This document shows positions 12,677 through 23,499 of a stretch of DNA of 64,000 bases, in pieces (position 1 is the first letter of the stretch; each line of letters starts with the position of its first letter). This DNA is from Felis catus. Its lineage: Eukaryota. Position numbers and translations under genes: made by a program. Under the pieces are notes generated by a model. The model was not told the DNA's origin. It saw nothing but the letters and a program-made list of their open reading frames with translations, and ran no database searches. The DNA lies in the NCBI RefSeq assembly GCF_018350175.1, contig NC_058381.1, positions 1,860,001 through 1,924,000 on the forward strand. The letters are read 5' to 3'.

Positions 12677-15600
12677 TCACCTGCGCCGGCGGGCCCCCCG
12701 CCCAGGTTTCTTCTCCCCTCGGCGTCTGCGGGCGGGGGCGGGGGGCGCGGCGGGGGGCGGGGCCTGGGGCGCGGGACCCGGCGCCGGGCGGGCCCCGCCC
12801 CCCTGCGGGGGCTTGTAGACCAGGTGGAAGATGAAGGCGTTGCAGTACCTGAGGGGGCGTGGCGCCGTCAGGGAGGGGCGGGGCGGCCCGAGCGGGGGGC
12901 GGGGCGGCCCGAGCGGGACACGCCCCCGGGGCGGGGCGGCAGGTGCAGGCGGCGGGAGCCCGCGGGGGCGGGGCGGGGGGCCGGGGGCCGAGCAGGGGGT
13001 CCCAGGAGGAGGGCGGAGGACCCCGCGGGGGTCGCGGGCAGTTACCAGGGCATGCAGTTGTCGGCCGCTCGCAGGCGAAAAGGGGAGCGGAAGGGATTGG
13101 GCCTCGGGGGGCTGGTGCCCCCTCCCGTGGCCACCGCCATGGTCTGGTCGTCCATCACACAGCCGTACTCGCTGCTCTCGGTGAAGAAGGCTGGCACTCG
13201 GAGGGACTAGGGGTGGGGGCGGGGCGCGGGCCTCAGACTCTCCCAGCGGCGCCGCACCCCAATCCCTCCCCGGGCGCCAGCGGCAGACAGGGAGGGGGAG
13301 AGGCACGAGTCAGGCAGACACACAGACAGACAGACGGACGGACAGGGCCAGGAGGACCCTGGGCGCGCCCCGTGTCCGGAGCGGATGGTGGGAAGAGGCG
13401 GCTTTCGGAAAAGGAGGAGGGGTCGGGGCAGGAGGAGAGAGCAGGTCCCTTTTGCCCCATCCCCCACCTGGAGCCGGGGCAGCGAGCTCAGCCAGGTGTC
13501 CTTGAGACCGAAGCCGGAGTTAAACCCTGCAGATAGAGGGAGAGCGGGCAGATGCTGTCGCCCGTGGCCTTCTCCCGCCTCCCCACACGCCTACCCCAGG
13601 CTCTTACCGATAACCAGGTCAGGTTTGGGCCCCTGGAGCAGGTGGTAGGGCCGTGCAGACACCTTGATCTGCAGGTCCCTGCGGCCCCCCTTCTCCTTGG
13701 TCCCGGAGCTGAGCCGCCCCGATACCCCGGAACCAGGACGGACAGACACTTCTGGGCCATCCTGGGGAGCCAGGAGCGGAGTGGAGAAAGGGCTAGACGT
13801 TAGGGCGCTGGGAAGCTGCCTTAGGCAAGACAGGGGAGAGCGGGAGGGAGGCGGGAGAGCAGGCCCCACCCCCACCTGCCCACCAGCCCTCACCCTCTGC
13901 AGGGTAAAATGCTGCTGGTCACTCTCGGGGGGCAGGCCGTCGCCCACAAACTGCAGCTCTAGGGCCACGTGGGGGAGCAGGACCAAGAGCTCCTGAAGGA
14001 CAGAGAAGACAGATCAGGGGCTCACCTTGCGCGCACCTCCACGTACCCAACCTTCTGTCCCGGAGGGACTTACCCAAAACACCATGACCAGGTCAAACTC
14101 CTTCCCGGCCTCCACCACGTGGATTTTCAGTGACTGCTTGTTCTGGATGTTGAGCTCAGGGACTGGGGGAGAAGCTGGCCACTTAAGAAGACGGTCTCCC
14201 TTCCCCTCGTCCCCCTCCAGCCCCCTGCCCCCCTGCCCCCTGCACTTCTGTCCCCTTGCTCGGCTCTCCTTACAGGACTGGGGCACCAGGTGGGTGATGA
14301 CGTAGTACACAGTCAGTGGGTAGGTGAGAAGCACAGCCATGGGGGAGTCCAAGCCGAGGCCCCTCCACCTATAGTAATCCTGCCATGAGCCTGGGGAGAG
14401 TGGGTTACTGAGGGACCTGGTCCAGGCCTGGACCCCAGCCCCTCCAGTCTAACAGCCCCCTTTTTCTCCGCCACCCAGACTGCGTCCTCCGGTCTCTGTC
14501 CCTACCTGTGGCTCCCTTAAGGCCCCCCAGCTCACCAAAGAGGCTCCTGGGCGGATCTGGGGGCACAGGAGGCATCAGGGCAGGCCCATCCCCCTGGAGA
14601 AGCTGGTAGGGATCTCCTGAGAGGAAGGAAGGAAGATGATCCTGGTGTCAGAGAGACCCCCATCGAGCCCTTCCCCCTCTTCCTTCCAAAGGAGTTGTAT
14701 TCCCCGGAGCTGCAAGCAAGAGCAGTGGACAGTGGCCTGTGGGTGAGGCTTCTGGAAGGGGCGGGCAGGGGTGACTTCCCTGAGGACTGGGGATACGTCT
14801 ACGATAGCCCTGGGGGTGATGGTGGAGTTTGGTGCTTATGCAGAGGCATTATCTGGGATCCGGACAACTTGTTTCTCTCCCGTCCTTCCCTCTAGGCTGA
14901 GGGGCCCGTGCCTGAAGAGAACCCCACGAACCACTGAGAAGAAGGCTGAGGGATGGCGTGCTGCCCCGGGGGTGCCTGGGCGTGCCAGGGCCTGGAATCA
15001 GCATGCTGAGCTGGGTCCAGTAGCCACGAGTGAGGCCCCGTGAGGCCAGGAAGGCCTCCTTGTTGAAGGTTTCACTGGTCACCTCTGCAGAAGGAGGAGG
15101 GGAGGGGTTGAGGGCCTGGTGGCCAGGACCCCAGACTACAGCTCTGCTCAGTTTCTCCCAAGGACCCTGGGTCTGAATCTCGTTCTGAGTGTCTACAGCA
15201 TAGCAGGTGTGAACACCACAGAATCCTTAGAAGGATTTTCCAGGCTTGAGCATTTGTTAATATACTTATATTGCAGATGAGGAAACAGAGGATCTAAAAA
15301 GTTAAGTCACCAGTTAGGGGTGGAGCTGGGCTGCCCGGATCCCCTGAGCTCTCTCAGGGACCCAGGCACACACTCCTCAGCCCCAGACCCTGTGTTCAGC
15401 TCCAGGGGTCTAGTCCCCAGCCCTTGTTTCTGGGATCCAGCCCCCAGCACTACTAACCCGTCAGCCCCAGGACCCCGTAGCCGGGCACCCAGCCCCGGTT
15501 CCTCCCACCCCATCTTGATCTCCTGGCGGTACCTGTGGCGTAGGTAAAAGGCAGCGTTGCCAGTTCTCCGGCACGTTCCATGAAGGCCGCGAGCCTCGGG

Positions 15601-17447
15601 CACCAAAACCGGTGGCTCACGTCATCCGGACATCGCCGCCAGTCGGCCCGGAGACAAGACTCTCCGCAGTACAAGACCGCGCTGCACTGGGGGCTGGGGG
15701 CACGGGGGTGGGGACACCCGGCGTTAATCTCTGGAGGCCCTCGGTCTGCTGTCTGTCCGTCCTGCAGCTGCCCATATATCACCTGGTCTGTTTTCCTGTA
15801 TATTCTGCTGTCAACAGCTGCCCTGTCCCTCCTTTTACTTCCCTGTCCCCCATTCTGTCTCCCGGGCCCCCCAGCGGCCAGCTTTGTCTTGTTTGCCTGA
15901 CTGTTGGGGTCTTCCTCCCTGTCACCCCATCTTTCTGGCTGCTCACCAAGGTGTCAGCTTCACTTCAAAGCTATGTCTGTGACAGACGTGGCAGGTTCGA
16001 GCCCGAAGGGAGGCAAACGTGAAGCCTGGCCGGGGACCCCATGTGCGCATCGGCGTCTTGGCTAGCTTCACTCCCAGCCTCGGGACCAGACTCTCCAGCT
16101 CTCTGAGTGGGGGTGGAGACGGAGTCAGCCTCGGGGTTGCTCAGGAGTCCAGACCCCTAGCTCCCCCCACCCCTCGATCTCAGATACTGGATTTCTGTAC
16201 CGATGCAGCTGGGCATCTCCCACAGTCAGCTGTCGGGGCTTTCGAGGGTCTCCGGAACCCATGGGGCAGGCCATGCTGTGGCAGAGGAGAGCATAGGCCC
16301 GAGGGGCCAGGTTCTCTGGCCCTGAGCCCTTGCCTGCACTGCCCTGGGCTCCATCCATTAGTAGGTCAATGCCCAAGATGGTGCCATGTTCGTCTGTTAC
16401 CAGCAAGAGGCAGGAAAGGTGCAGGGGGGCAGCCTCTGGGGAAGAAGGGGAAAGTCAGGGGTGTGAACATCAGGCCTAGGGGGGCTGGGCAAGTCAACAA
16501 AATGAACAGGAGGGACCAGGGAGAGAGGACGTGACTCATCTGCTGGGGCCAACTGCTGCACAGGCAGAAATGCAGGCCTGCTGTTGCAACTTTAAATGTT
16601 TCTTGAGTTTGTTTGGCTTTTAATTTCAATGTATAAATGTTGACTCAAATTTAAAAAAAAACAACAAACAAATCAAAAACCAAAAAAACATTGTGGGTCA
16701 ATGAAAACACCTCTTCTTTTCAGGCGATATCAGCCTGCAGGCCACCGTCAGTGACTCCTGGCCAGGCTCTGAGAGGTATAGGAGGTCTTCCAAAGCTGGG
16801 GGGGGGGGCGTGCAGAGAGGGGGCAGGGCAGGGCCAGGCCCCCACCCCGGGGTCTTACCACTTCTCCGCCCCTTCCTCCTCTCAGGGACTGCTTCGTCCT
16901 CTGCCTTGTCTTCTCGGCAGCAATCCTGGCCACCTCCTCCACCTCCTGCCTGTTGCTCCGGCTCCTCTGGCCTCCCTGGAGGGTTTGCTTCCTGGGGGGA
17001 GTCCCTGCTGGTAGGGGCAGGGGCCCCATTTTTGTCTGGATCTACCTTCTCCAAGCCTGCACCCTCCTCCTCTCCATTCTCTTCCTCCTCCTCCTCCTCC
17101 TCTGCTTCCTCCCCTTCCTCCAGGCTGACAAAACTGACATAGGGGCTTAGGTCTCGCAGGTGGAGTGGGGGCTCATCTCCCAGGAACTGGGCAGCCCCCA
17201 GGCCCGATCCAGGGCCTGGCTCTGCTCCTTGCCCCAGGCTGATGCCCACATTACGGTTGGGCAGAACATGCAGCACCCAAAGGGCGGGGTCCTGGGGCAG
17301 CCTTCTGATCTGCGTCTCCAGCTGGCGCCAGCGGCCCTCAAGGCTGGCCCCCACAGCCCCGCGCTCCGTGGCGAACTTTCGGAACCAGCCAAACAGGAGG
17401 GCAGCGAAATCAAGGAATTCATCCCGGTATCCAGATACAAACTCCAT
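12677..17447 (-). CDS. ZMYND15: Zinc finger MYND-type containing 15 (spermatid transcriptional repressor), complete, 13 coding exons, 741 aa
   Basis: Coding exons (minus): 17447-16859, 16435-16201, 16102-15947, 15693-15533, 15084-14932, 14616-14536, 14390-14274, 14162-14074, 13992-13894, 13761-13608, 13526-13468, 13206-13046, 12848-12677. The sum is 2226 nt (742 codons including TGA). All junctions are GT-AG and phases are consistent. Translation starts MEFVSGYRDEFLDFAALLFGWFRKF, contains the MYND finger CHVC...CPQCSAVLYCGESC...HRFWC, and ends KKPGRGARRRR, matching the recalled human orthologue. Confidence 0.96.
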
Positions 17448-17749
17448 GTCTTCAGGGCCACAGGGGCCTGGGCCCAGACTGAGCAGAGGAACGGATGTAT
17501 GGTGAGGGGAGTTTGGGGCCGGGTCACAAGATGGGGAGGGCGTGGGTCTGAGGGTCACGTACGAGGGGAACCTCTGGATTGGAGGAATGTTAGGAGCAGA
17601 GGCTAGTTTTCGGGGCTCAGGGTGGGAATGGGGAATAGACTTGGAAGGGGGCGAGGAGGCTTTAAGATGAGTAGTCACGAGAGAGGCGGTATTGGGGGTT
17701 CAAACCCTCAGGACCGGGGTTCGAGCGGTGAGCAGGTTTGGAGGGCTAA

Positions 17750-18800
17750 CCCGAGGGGAAGGGTTTGGGCAGGAGGCAAGACTCTGGGATCCGTCTGAGC
17801 CGGGGCATCCCTCCGCCTTGGATCGGTTCGGCGGGGAGCCCCAGGGGACCCAGCCCCTCCCGGCCGCTCCGCTCCTCCGGTACCTGCAGCCGCCACCACT
17901 TTTCGAAGGTAAATACCTCGGGGCTGGCTGGGGGGTGGGGTGGGGGGCGCGGGTGTGACGTCAGGGCCGCCCGAGCCCGCCCTCGGTGGCCACGCCCCGC
18001 GCGTCGGGAGCGCGCGCCGAGGGGGCCCGGCCGGTGTGCGGCCCCCGCCCGGACTTCCCCGGCCGGCATCACCGGCATGTGACCCGGGCGCGCCGGGAAG
18101 CGAAAGCGCGTCGGAGTCCTGGAGCTCGAGGCCTGACCTGGGCGGGCGGACGGCAGCCGGAGTCAGCCCGTCGGGCCTCCCGCCCCCCGCGCAGCCGGCT
18201 TTTCCTTTGCTTTCGGCGCGCGTTCCCGGCGGGCGCGGGGGCGCGGGGGCGCGGGGGCGCGGGGGCGCGGGGGCGCGGGGGCGCGGGGCCCCGCCTCCGG
18301 GGTTTTCCCCGCGGCGGGAGGCGCGGTCCGCGCGGTCCCCGCAGTACCGACCGCGCTGTCGGTTCGGACGGTGCGTGCGCGGCAGGAGGGCGCCGCCAGC
18401 TCGCGCAGCCCCCTGACCCGAACTCGCGCCCACGGGACCGGGAGGAACTCTCTGGACGCCGCGCTCCGGTGCCGCCGGGTTCCCGACATGAGGCGGCCCT
18501 GGGGACTCCGGTCCCTTGCTCTCCTCCTCCTGCTGGAGCTGCTGCCTCGGCCAGGTTCGTCCGGAGCGGGGTGGCGCCCAGACCCCGAGTCCGGGAACGG
18601 GACGGGATGGGAGGGGGGCGCCGAGGGCCGCAGGGTTGTGGTGGGTAAGTAAGTGCCGAGCCCGGGTCCCCAGGCCGCCGGGGCAGTGAGGGGGCCAGCT
18701 GCCTGAGGTTGGGGACAGGCTGGGGGACACCTGGGCTGGGGGACGATCAGGGACGCGTTTGGCGGTGTGATGGGTGGGTTGTGCCCGGTGGTGAGATCCC
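17750..18800. promoter_or_regulatory. CpG island / head-to-head promoter region shared by ZMYND15 (-) and CXCL16 (+)
   Basis: Visibly CpG-dense. It lies between the ZMYND15 exon-2 acceptor (exon starts 17478) and the CXCL16 ATG (18488). It contains the CRE palindrome TGACGTCA at 17956-17963 and candidate minus-strand donors for a non-coding ZMYND15 exon 1 (17883 and 17916). Boundaries are approximate. Confidence 0.8.
18231..18289. repeat. (GGGGGCGC)n 8-bp tandem repeat, 6 perfect units plus partial flanks
   Basis: Perfect units at 18237-18284. Confidence 0.9.
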
Positions 18801-21360
18801 GGGATCTAGCGAAGAGGCTGCAACGGAGCAGTGGGTTGGAGCTGCGGTGGCAGCCGGGGGAGCCCCTCCGGCCGGGAACCTGTGCCGACTACCTCTGTCC
18901 TGTCCCGCTCAGGCGATGGCAACGAGGGCAGCGTCACTGGCAGCTGTTACTGCGGGACAACAATTTCTTCCGACTCCCCTCCAAAGCGTCAGTTACTGGC
19001 ACATCTCCGAAAGCACCTGAAAGTGTATCATCGCTGTAACTCCTACATCCGGTAATCTCACTGACCGCTGGGGAGGGCAGCGCCTCCGGGTGGCGCGAGG
19101 ACCCCCTCGGGTCACACTGGAACCCCTGGGAGCCCCCTCTCCGGGTTGTGTTTGCTCCACATTGTGCACAGCTTTGTTTCCCTGTCTTATGTACGTGGGA
19201 ATTTCCTGTTCTGGGAAAAAGGCCTCACTTGCTGTTGGTGATGACCTCACATCTTTGGAATGAGGAAAGGGTTGGGAGAAGGGGTGCAGCTTGTGAGACC
19301 CCGCCTTTCCTCGGCAGGTTCCAGCTACCTGTCCGGAGTGTGTGTGGGGGCAGCAGAGACCAATGGGTTCAAGAACTGATGAGCTGCTTTGATCTCAGAG
19401 GTACCAGCCTTCCCCCCTCCTCCCTGAGATCTGTTTCCAGGGCTGCGTCCTCCCCCTTAGTCTTCTTTACCTGGCTCCTCTCCCGTGACACCTCACTTTT
19501 CTATGGTTTCTGGTGCCGGCCAAAGCCCCTTCCGTCCCAGTTCCCCCAACATCATTCACTGTGACTTTATTAAGGAAATTTAAAGATATACACAAAAGTT
19601 GAAAGAACTGTATAGCGAGCATCCAGATACCCATGGCCTGGGTTCTACGGTATGGGGCTTTTATATATTTATATTTTATGCATTGTGTGTAGTTTGTACG
19701 CATAAATATAGCTTATATTTTACAATATCAGGTTTCCAACATGGAAGCCATATTTGCCTTAGTTTGTGTCCCTCTGTCTGTCCGTCCTTCCATCCACCAT
19801 CGGCCCACCTTACTTTCCGATGCATTTCCAAGTCTGCTGCAGGCACGACCTCACATCGTTTCAGCATGTACGTTAGGCTCCAGAGACCTACGTGATTGCG
19901 TTTAAGCCTCCTAGCTACTGTGGCTGTTGGTACTAACATTATCCCTGCTTTACGACTGAAAGAAAGGAGTCCCAGAGAGGCTGAGAGGCAAGGGACAGGT
20001 CACACAACTGCTTTGTAGCAGAGCCAGGGTCCCCCCACCCCCACCCCCGGGGTCGCTCTACCTCCCAGCGCCGAGCGCATGCCTGTTGCAGTGGTTCCCT
20101 GTTGAGGTCGGCTCACTTCCTTGCCCCCCACTTTTCCCTCTGCCCCTGCCTTCCTCTTCTGGCCTTCTGCTGTTACCTTGATGTTCTCCTTGATGTACCA
20201 CGCTTCCCTCTGCGTCTTCACCTTGTCCCTCATCTCAGAGCCCTGATCCCTTACTTCTTGCCTCTCCAGAATGTGGACATGTGGACGCTGGGAGCGCGGC
20301 CTCCCGGCAGCACTCACCTCCCCCCAGCAGCCAGGTTCCTGAGCCCACAGAAACGGCACCTTTAGACCCGGGCTCCCCTGCCCAGACGCACCTGCCGCCT
20401 GCCGTGCGGTCCACCCAGGCGCCCACACTTCCAGCAGGAGCGCCGTCCTCGGATGAAAAGCTCGCCCACATCAACGAAACTGCTACACCCACTGTGGGCC
20501 ACGGGCTTGGGGCTGGGCCTGAGGCTGGGGAGAAGCAGAAGCAGTTGGAAGACAATGTGGGACCGACATCTGGGACACCAGCTACGGTGCCTGTGGTATC
20601 CCTCCTGGCCATCACCCTCGCTCTCACGGTTGTCCTCTCGTACATCCTGTGCCAGAGGAGGAGGGAGCAGTGCCGGCAGCAGTCTCCAGGTAAGCTGGGT
20701 CTCTAGGCCCCTCTCCTGGGGACCCAGAGCCTCCTGGGCAGGGATCCTGCCCCTGGTAGCTCCTAGTTGGCTGGAAACCTGCCCCAGGCAGTCAGTTATG
20801 AAGGCTGTCTACACTGTGGATCACAGGCAATGAGAGAAGAGTCAGCTAGAGACTATAGACTAGAGAGGGAGATGAGGCAGGGTTGGGGCGCCTGGGTGGC
20901 TCAGCCGGTCAGGCATCCGACTTCGGCTCAGGTCATGATCTCGCGGTCTGTGAGTTCGAGCCCGCGTCGGGCTCTGTGCAGACAGCTTAGAGCCTGGAGC
21001 CTGCTTCGGATTCTGTGTCTCCCTGTCTCTCTGCCCCTCTCTCACTCGTGCTGTCTCTTTCTCCTTCAAAAATAAATAAACACGTTAAAAACAAAAATGA
21101 AAACAAGACAAAAAACAGGCCGGGTTTGGAGCAAGATCAGGAAGATAGCAGAACGTGGGAGCCATTCATTTAATTCACAGATCTTTACTGAGCACCTGTT
21201 GTGTTACTAGGTCGTATGGCTAATGTTTGGGGATCTAACTCCCCAGGTCAAGCTCTTCCCCTAAACTTCTCTTGATCTCAGAGCTCATCTCGAAATTTCC
21301 TTATCTTTTCCAGATCTACAGCTCCGTTACACACTTGTGGCATCAGACTCCAACGCTTGA
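18488..21360 (+). CDS. CXCL16: C-X-C motif chemokine 16 (transmembrane chemokine / scavenger receptor SR-PSOX), complete, 5 coding exons, 251 aa
   Basis: Exons 18488-18554, 18913-19051, 19318-19400, 20270-20689, 21314-21360 total 756 nt, with GT-AG junctions and consistent phases. The product has a signal peptide MRRPWGLRSLALLLLLELLPRPG, a chemokine domain GNEGSVTGSCYC...HRC...VCGGSRDQWVQELMSC, an S/T/P-rich mucin stalk, a TM segment VPVVSLLAITLALTVVLSYILC and a short tail DLQLRYTLVASDSNA. Confidence 0.95.
20885..21115 (+). mobile_element. Can-SINE in CXCL16 intron 4
   Basis: Full head, (CT)n and A-rich tail. Confidence 0.85.
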
Positions 21361-21901
21361 GCTAAGAATGGAAATCTCCGAGGGCAGCCATTGTGATTTA
21401 TTCAGCCCCCTATGCATTGAATTGATACATTAGAATGATTTCTGGCGCCTGGTGGGCACTCTAGCTGTTTTCTGGTTAATGTGCAAGTAACCAAGCGCTG
21501 CCCTCTTGTGGACCCTTCCTATTTTTTTCTACACGATCCTGTAAAATCCATCTTCTAATGTGATCTCTTGGATAAAGTCTTCATGTATGTTTTTAATTAC
21601 TAAAGATTATTTTTATAATTATTGACTCTTCCTTCTGCAAACGTGGCCTTCAACCCCTTGCTCCCTTACCGCAGTTCTTGGCTTCAACTTCTCCGCTGAG
21701 GGTCTCCCCACTTGCCCCTGTCTCTCTTCACACACCAGCTGTTCCTCCCTCCTGCTTCCTCTCCCACAGTGCGGGCCTGGGCTTTCCCACCCCCGCTCCC
21801 CGGCGGGGCGCCACGCAGTTTGGTTTCATTTCCCCCAATCCCTGTAACACCCACGTATGTTCCAGTGAGAGTCTGGGCTCCTTGCTTTTCTTGCTACTGT
21901 T

Positions 21902-21907
21902 TTTATT
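21902..21907 (-). terminator. Poly(A) signal for MED11
   Basis: First AATAAA on the minus strand downstream of the MED11 stop (about 375 nt). Confidence 0.7.
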
Positions 21908-21913
21908 ATTAAA
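21908..21913 (+). terminator. Candidate poly(A) signal for CXCL16 (ATTAAA)
   Basis: First AATAAA/ATTAAA hexamer after the CXCL16 stop, followed by a U-rich tract (GTTCTTGTTTTTGCTTCTTT). Weaker variants (GATAAA, ACTAAA) occur upstream. Confidence 0.5.
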
Positions 21914-22280
21914 ACCCTTAGTTCTTGTTTTTGCTTCTTTCAATGAAGAACGTGTCTTCATTGGTCCCGTCTGCAGAGGCCTGCGACAGGGTCACACGGT
22001 GTTGGAGGAAGTGGGTTTGGTGTCTGAATCTCCGTCTGTCTGAGCTCGCCAGCACTTTCGTGGAGGGCAAGAGCAGGAACCAGGGCAGAGTTGTGGCAGG
22101 CTTGGTCTGCCAAGTTTCTCCACCCCCCACTTTCAGTCCCGTTGTCCCCATATCCTCTGGCCAGCAGGGCGTGTATGTGGTGGCCCACACTACCCATTGC
22201 ACAGGTGTCTGGGTTCTGTCCCGGGTGCGGACAGGCCCTGTCCCGGGTCCTCCTCCGAGCTCTCACTCCATCTGCTTGGC

Positions 22281-23489
22281 CTAGTTTTCCAGCATCTGCT
22301 CACAGGTTCGGGCCACATCACTGAGCTTGAGGCGAGCGTAGTCCACTCGCTTCAGGGCCATCTGACAGTCCTTCCTCGAAGAGTAGCTGGAACCCTCATG
22401 GGGCTGCCCCGTGGCCACCTAGGGGACATTCACATTGATCGGTGGAGCACCCCTTCCCTTCCCCATCTCCCCACCCAAGCATCCGGTCTCCTGTATCATT
22501 TTCTTCCTTGAGTGTGAATCCATTATGGCACATGGGCGGTGGCTGGGTGACCTTGGGTAAATCACTTAACTTCTCTTAACCTCATCTGTAAAATGTGGGT
22601 AACAACAACTACTTCCTAGAGCTGTTGTAGGAATAGATAATGCAGCGTCTGGCATGCTGCAAAATCTTAGCAAATGGTTGTTGCTGTTGTAATGACTTCA
22701 GAACCCTCTCGACCCTGTCCCTTTTCTCCACGTAACCACTTCAAACCCACGAGGTCGGGTCAAGTTCCTAAGTGCAAAGTCCTGTGGGTTTGGCATTGTT
22801 TACAAGTCCTTGGGAATTCCCTGTCCCAGTAGCTCATGTGATGCAGAGCAGTGAGGCAGGCGGGCCTGCCTTCAGGACTTTCTTTTTAGAAGGAGAAGCC
22901 AGCCCTGGAGAGGGGAGGTTCTGCCAAGGGTCATCCGGCTGGGTCGTGGGTGGCGCCAGCGTGGACCGCCAAGTCCCATCTGGCTCCAAAGGTCAAGGAT
23001 CCCCGAAGGCTAACGCTTAGGCGGAGGGCCAGGCGGGCGCGCAGGACCTCCCAGCACACACACCTGGGTGAGGTAGCGGATCTGAGCCGACAGCTCCGCT
23101 TCCACGTGTTGCACCGACGCCGTGAAGGCCGCCGCCTGCCGGTCCAAGAGCCGCTCGTTGCTTTTCTCCTTGGACAATTCCAGGATCACGGTACCTGCGG
23201 GGCGGAGAGAGGGCGGGGCTGGCCGGATGCTGCCCCGCCCCGGGACCCGCCCCGGGACCCGCCCCGGGACCCGCCCCGGGACCCGCCCCGGGACCCGCCC
23301 CGGGACCCGCCCCGGGACCCGCCCCGCAGCGCGAGCACTCGGGCTCCCTCCCGTCCCCACTGCCTGGCGGCGGGCGGCGCAAGTACCGCCGTCGCGTCCC
23401 GAACCTGCATTCTGGAGAATGGCGCCGATTTCCCGCTCGATGTCTTCCAGGGCGCGCAGCCTCTCGTTCGCCAGGCTGTAGGTCGCCAT
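22281..23489 (-). CDS. MED11: Mediator complex subunit 11, complete, 3 exons, 117 aa
   Basis: Exons 23489-23405, 23194-23064, 22418-22281 total 354 nt. Translation [39 protein letters not shown]...[10 protein letters not shown] is nearly identical to recalled human MED11. Kozak context is GACCATGG. Confidence 0.97.
22545..22670 (+). mobile_element. MIR remnant in MED11 intron 2
   Basis: GTGACCTTGGGTAAATCACTTAAC...CATCTGTAAAATG core. Confidence 0.6.
23235..23325. repeat. 12-bp minisatellite (GGGACCCGCCCC)x7 plus a partial unit, in MED11 intron 1
   Basis: Seven identical units at 23242-23325, preceded by CCGCCCC. Confidence 0.95.
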
Positions 23490-23499
23490 GGTCACTCCG

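Noticed and set aside
16698-17678. 77-aa N-terminal extension of ZMYND15 suggested by the ORF track
   Set aside because: An acceptor (CTCTGCTCAG|) at 17479 precedes the orthologous Met at 17447, so the upstream part is intron and 5'UTR.
23235-23325. Short regular repeat array considered as CRISPR-like or as a coding (PRDP)n/(GPGA)n repeat
   Set aside because: There are no spacers, the host is a mammal, and the array lies inside a GT-AG intron whose removal gives intact MED11.
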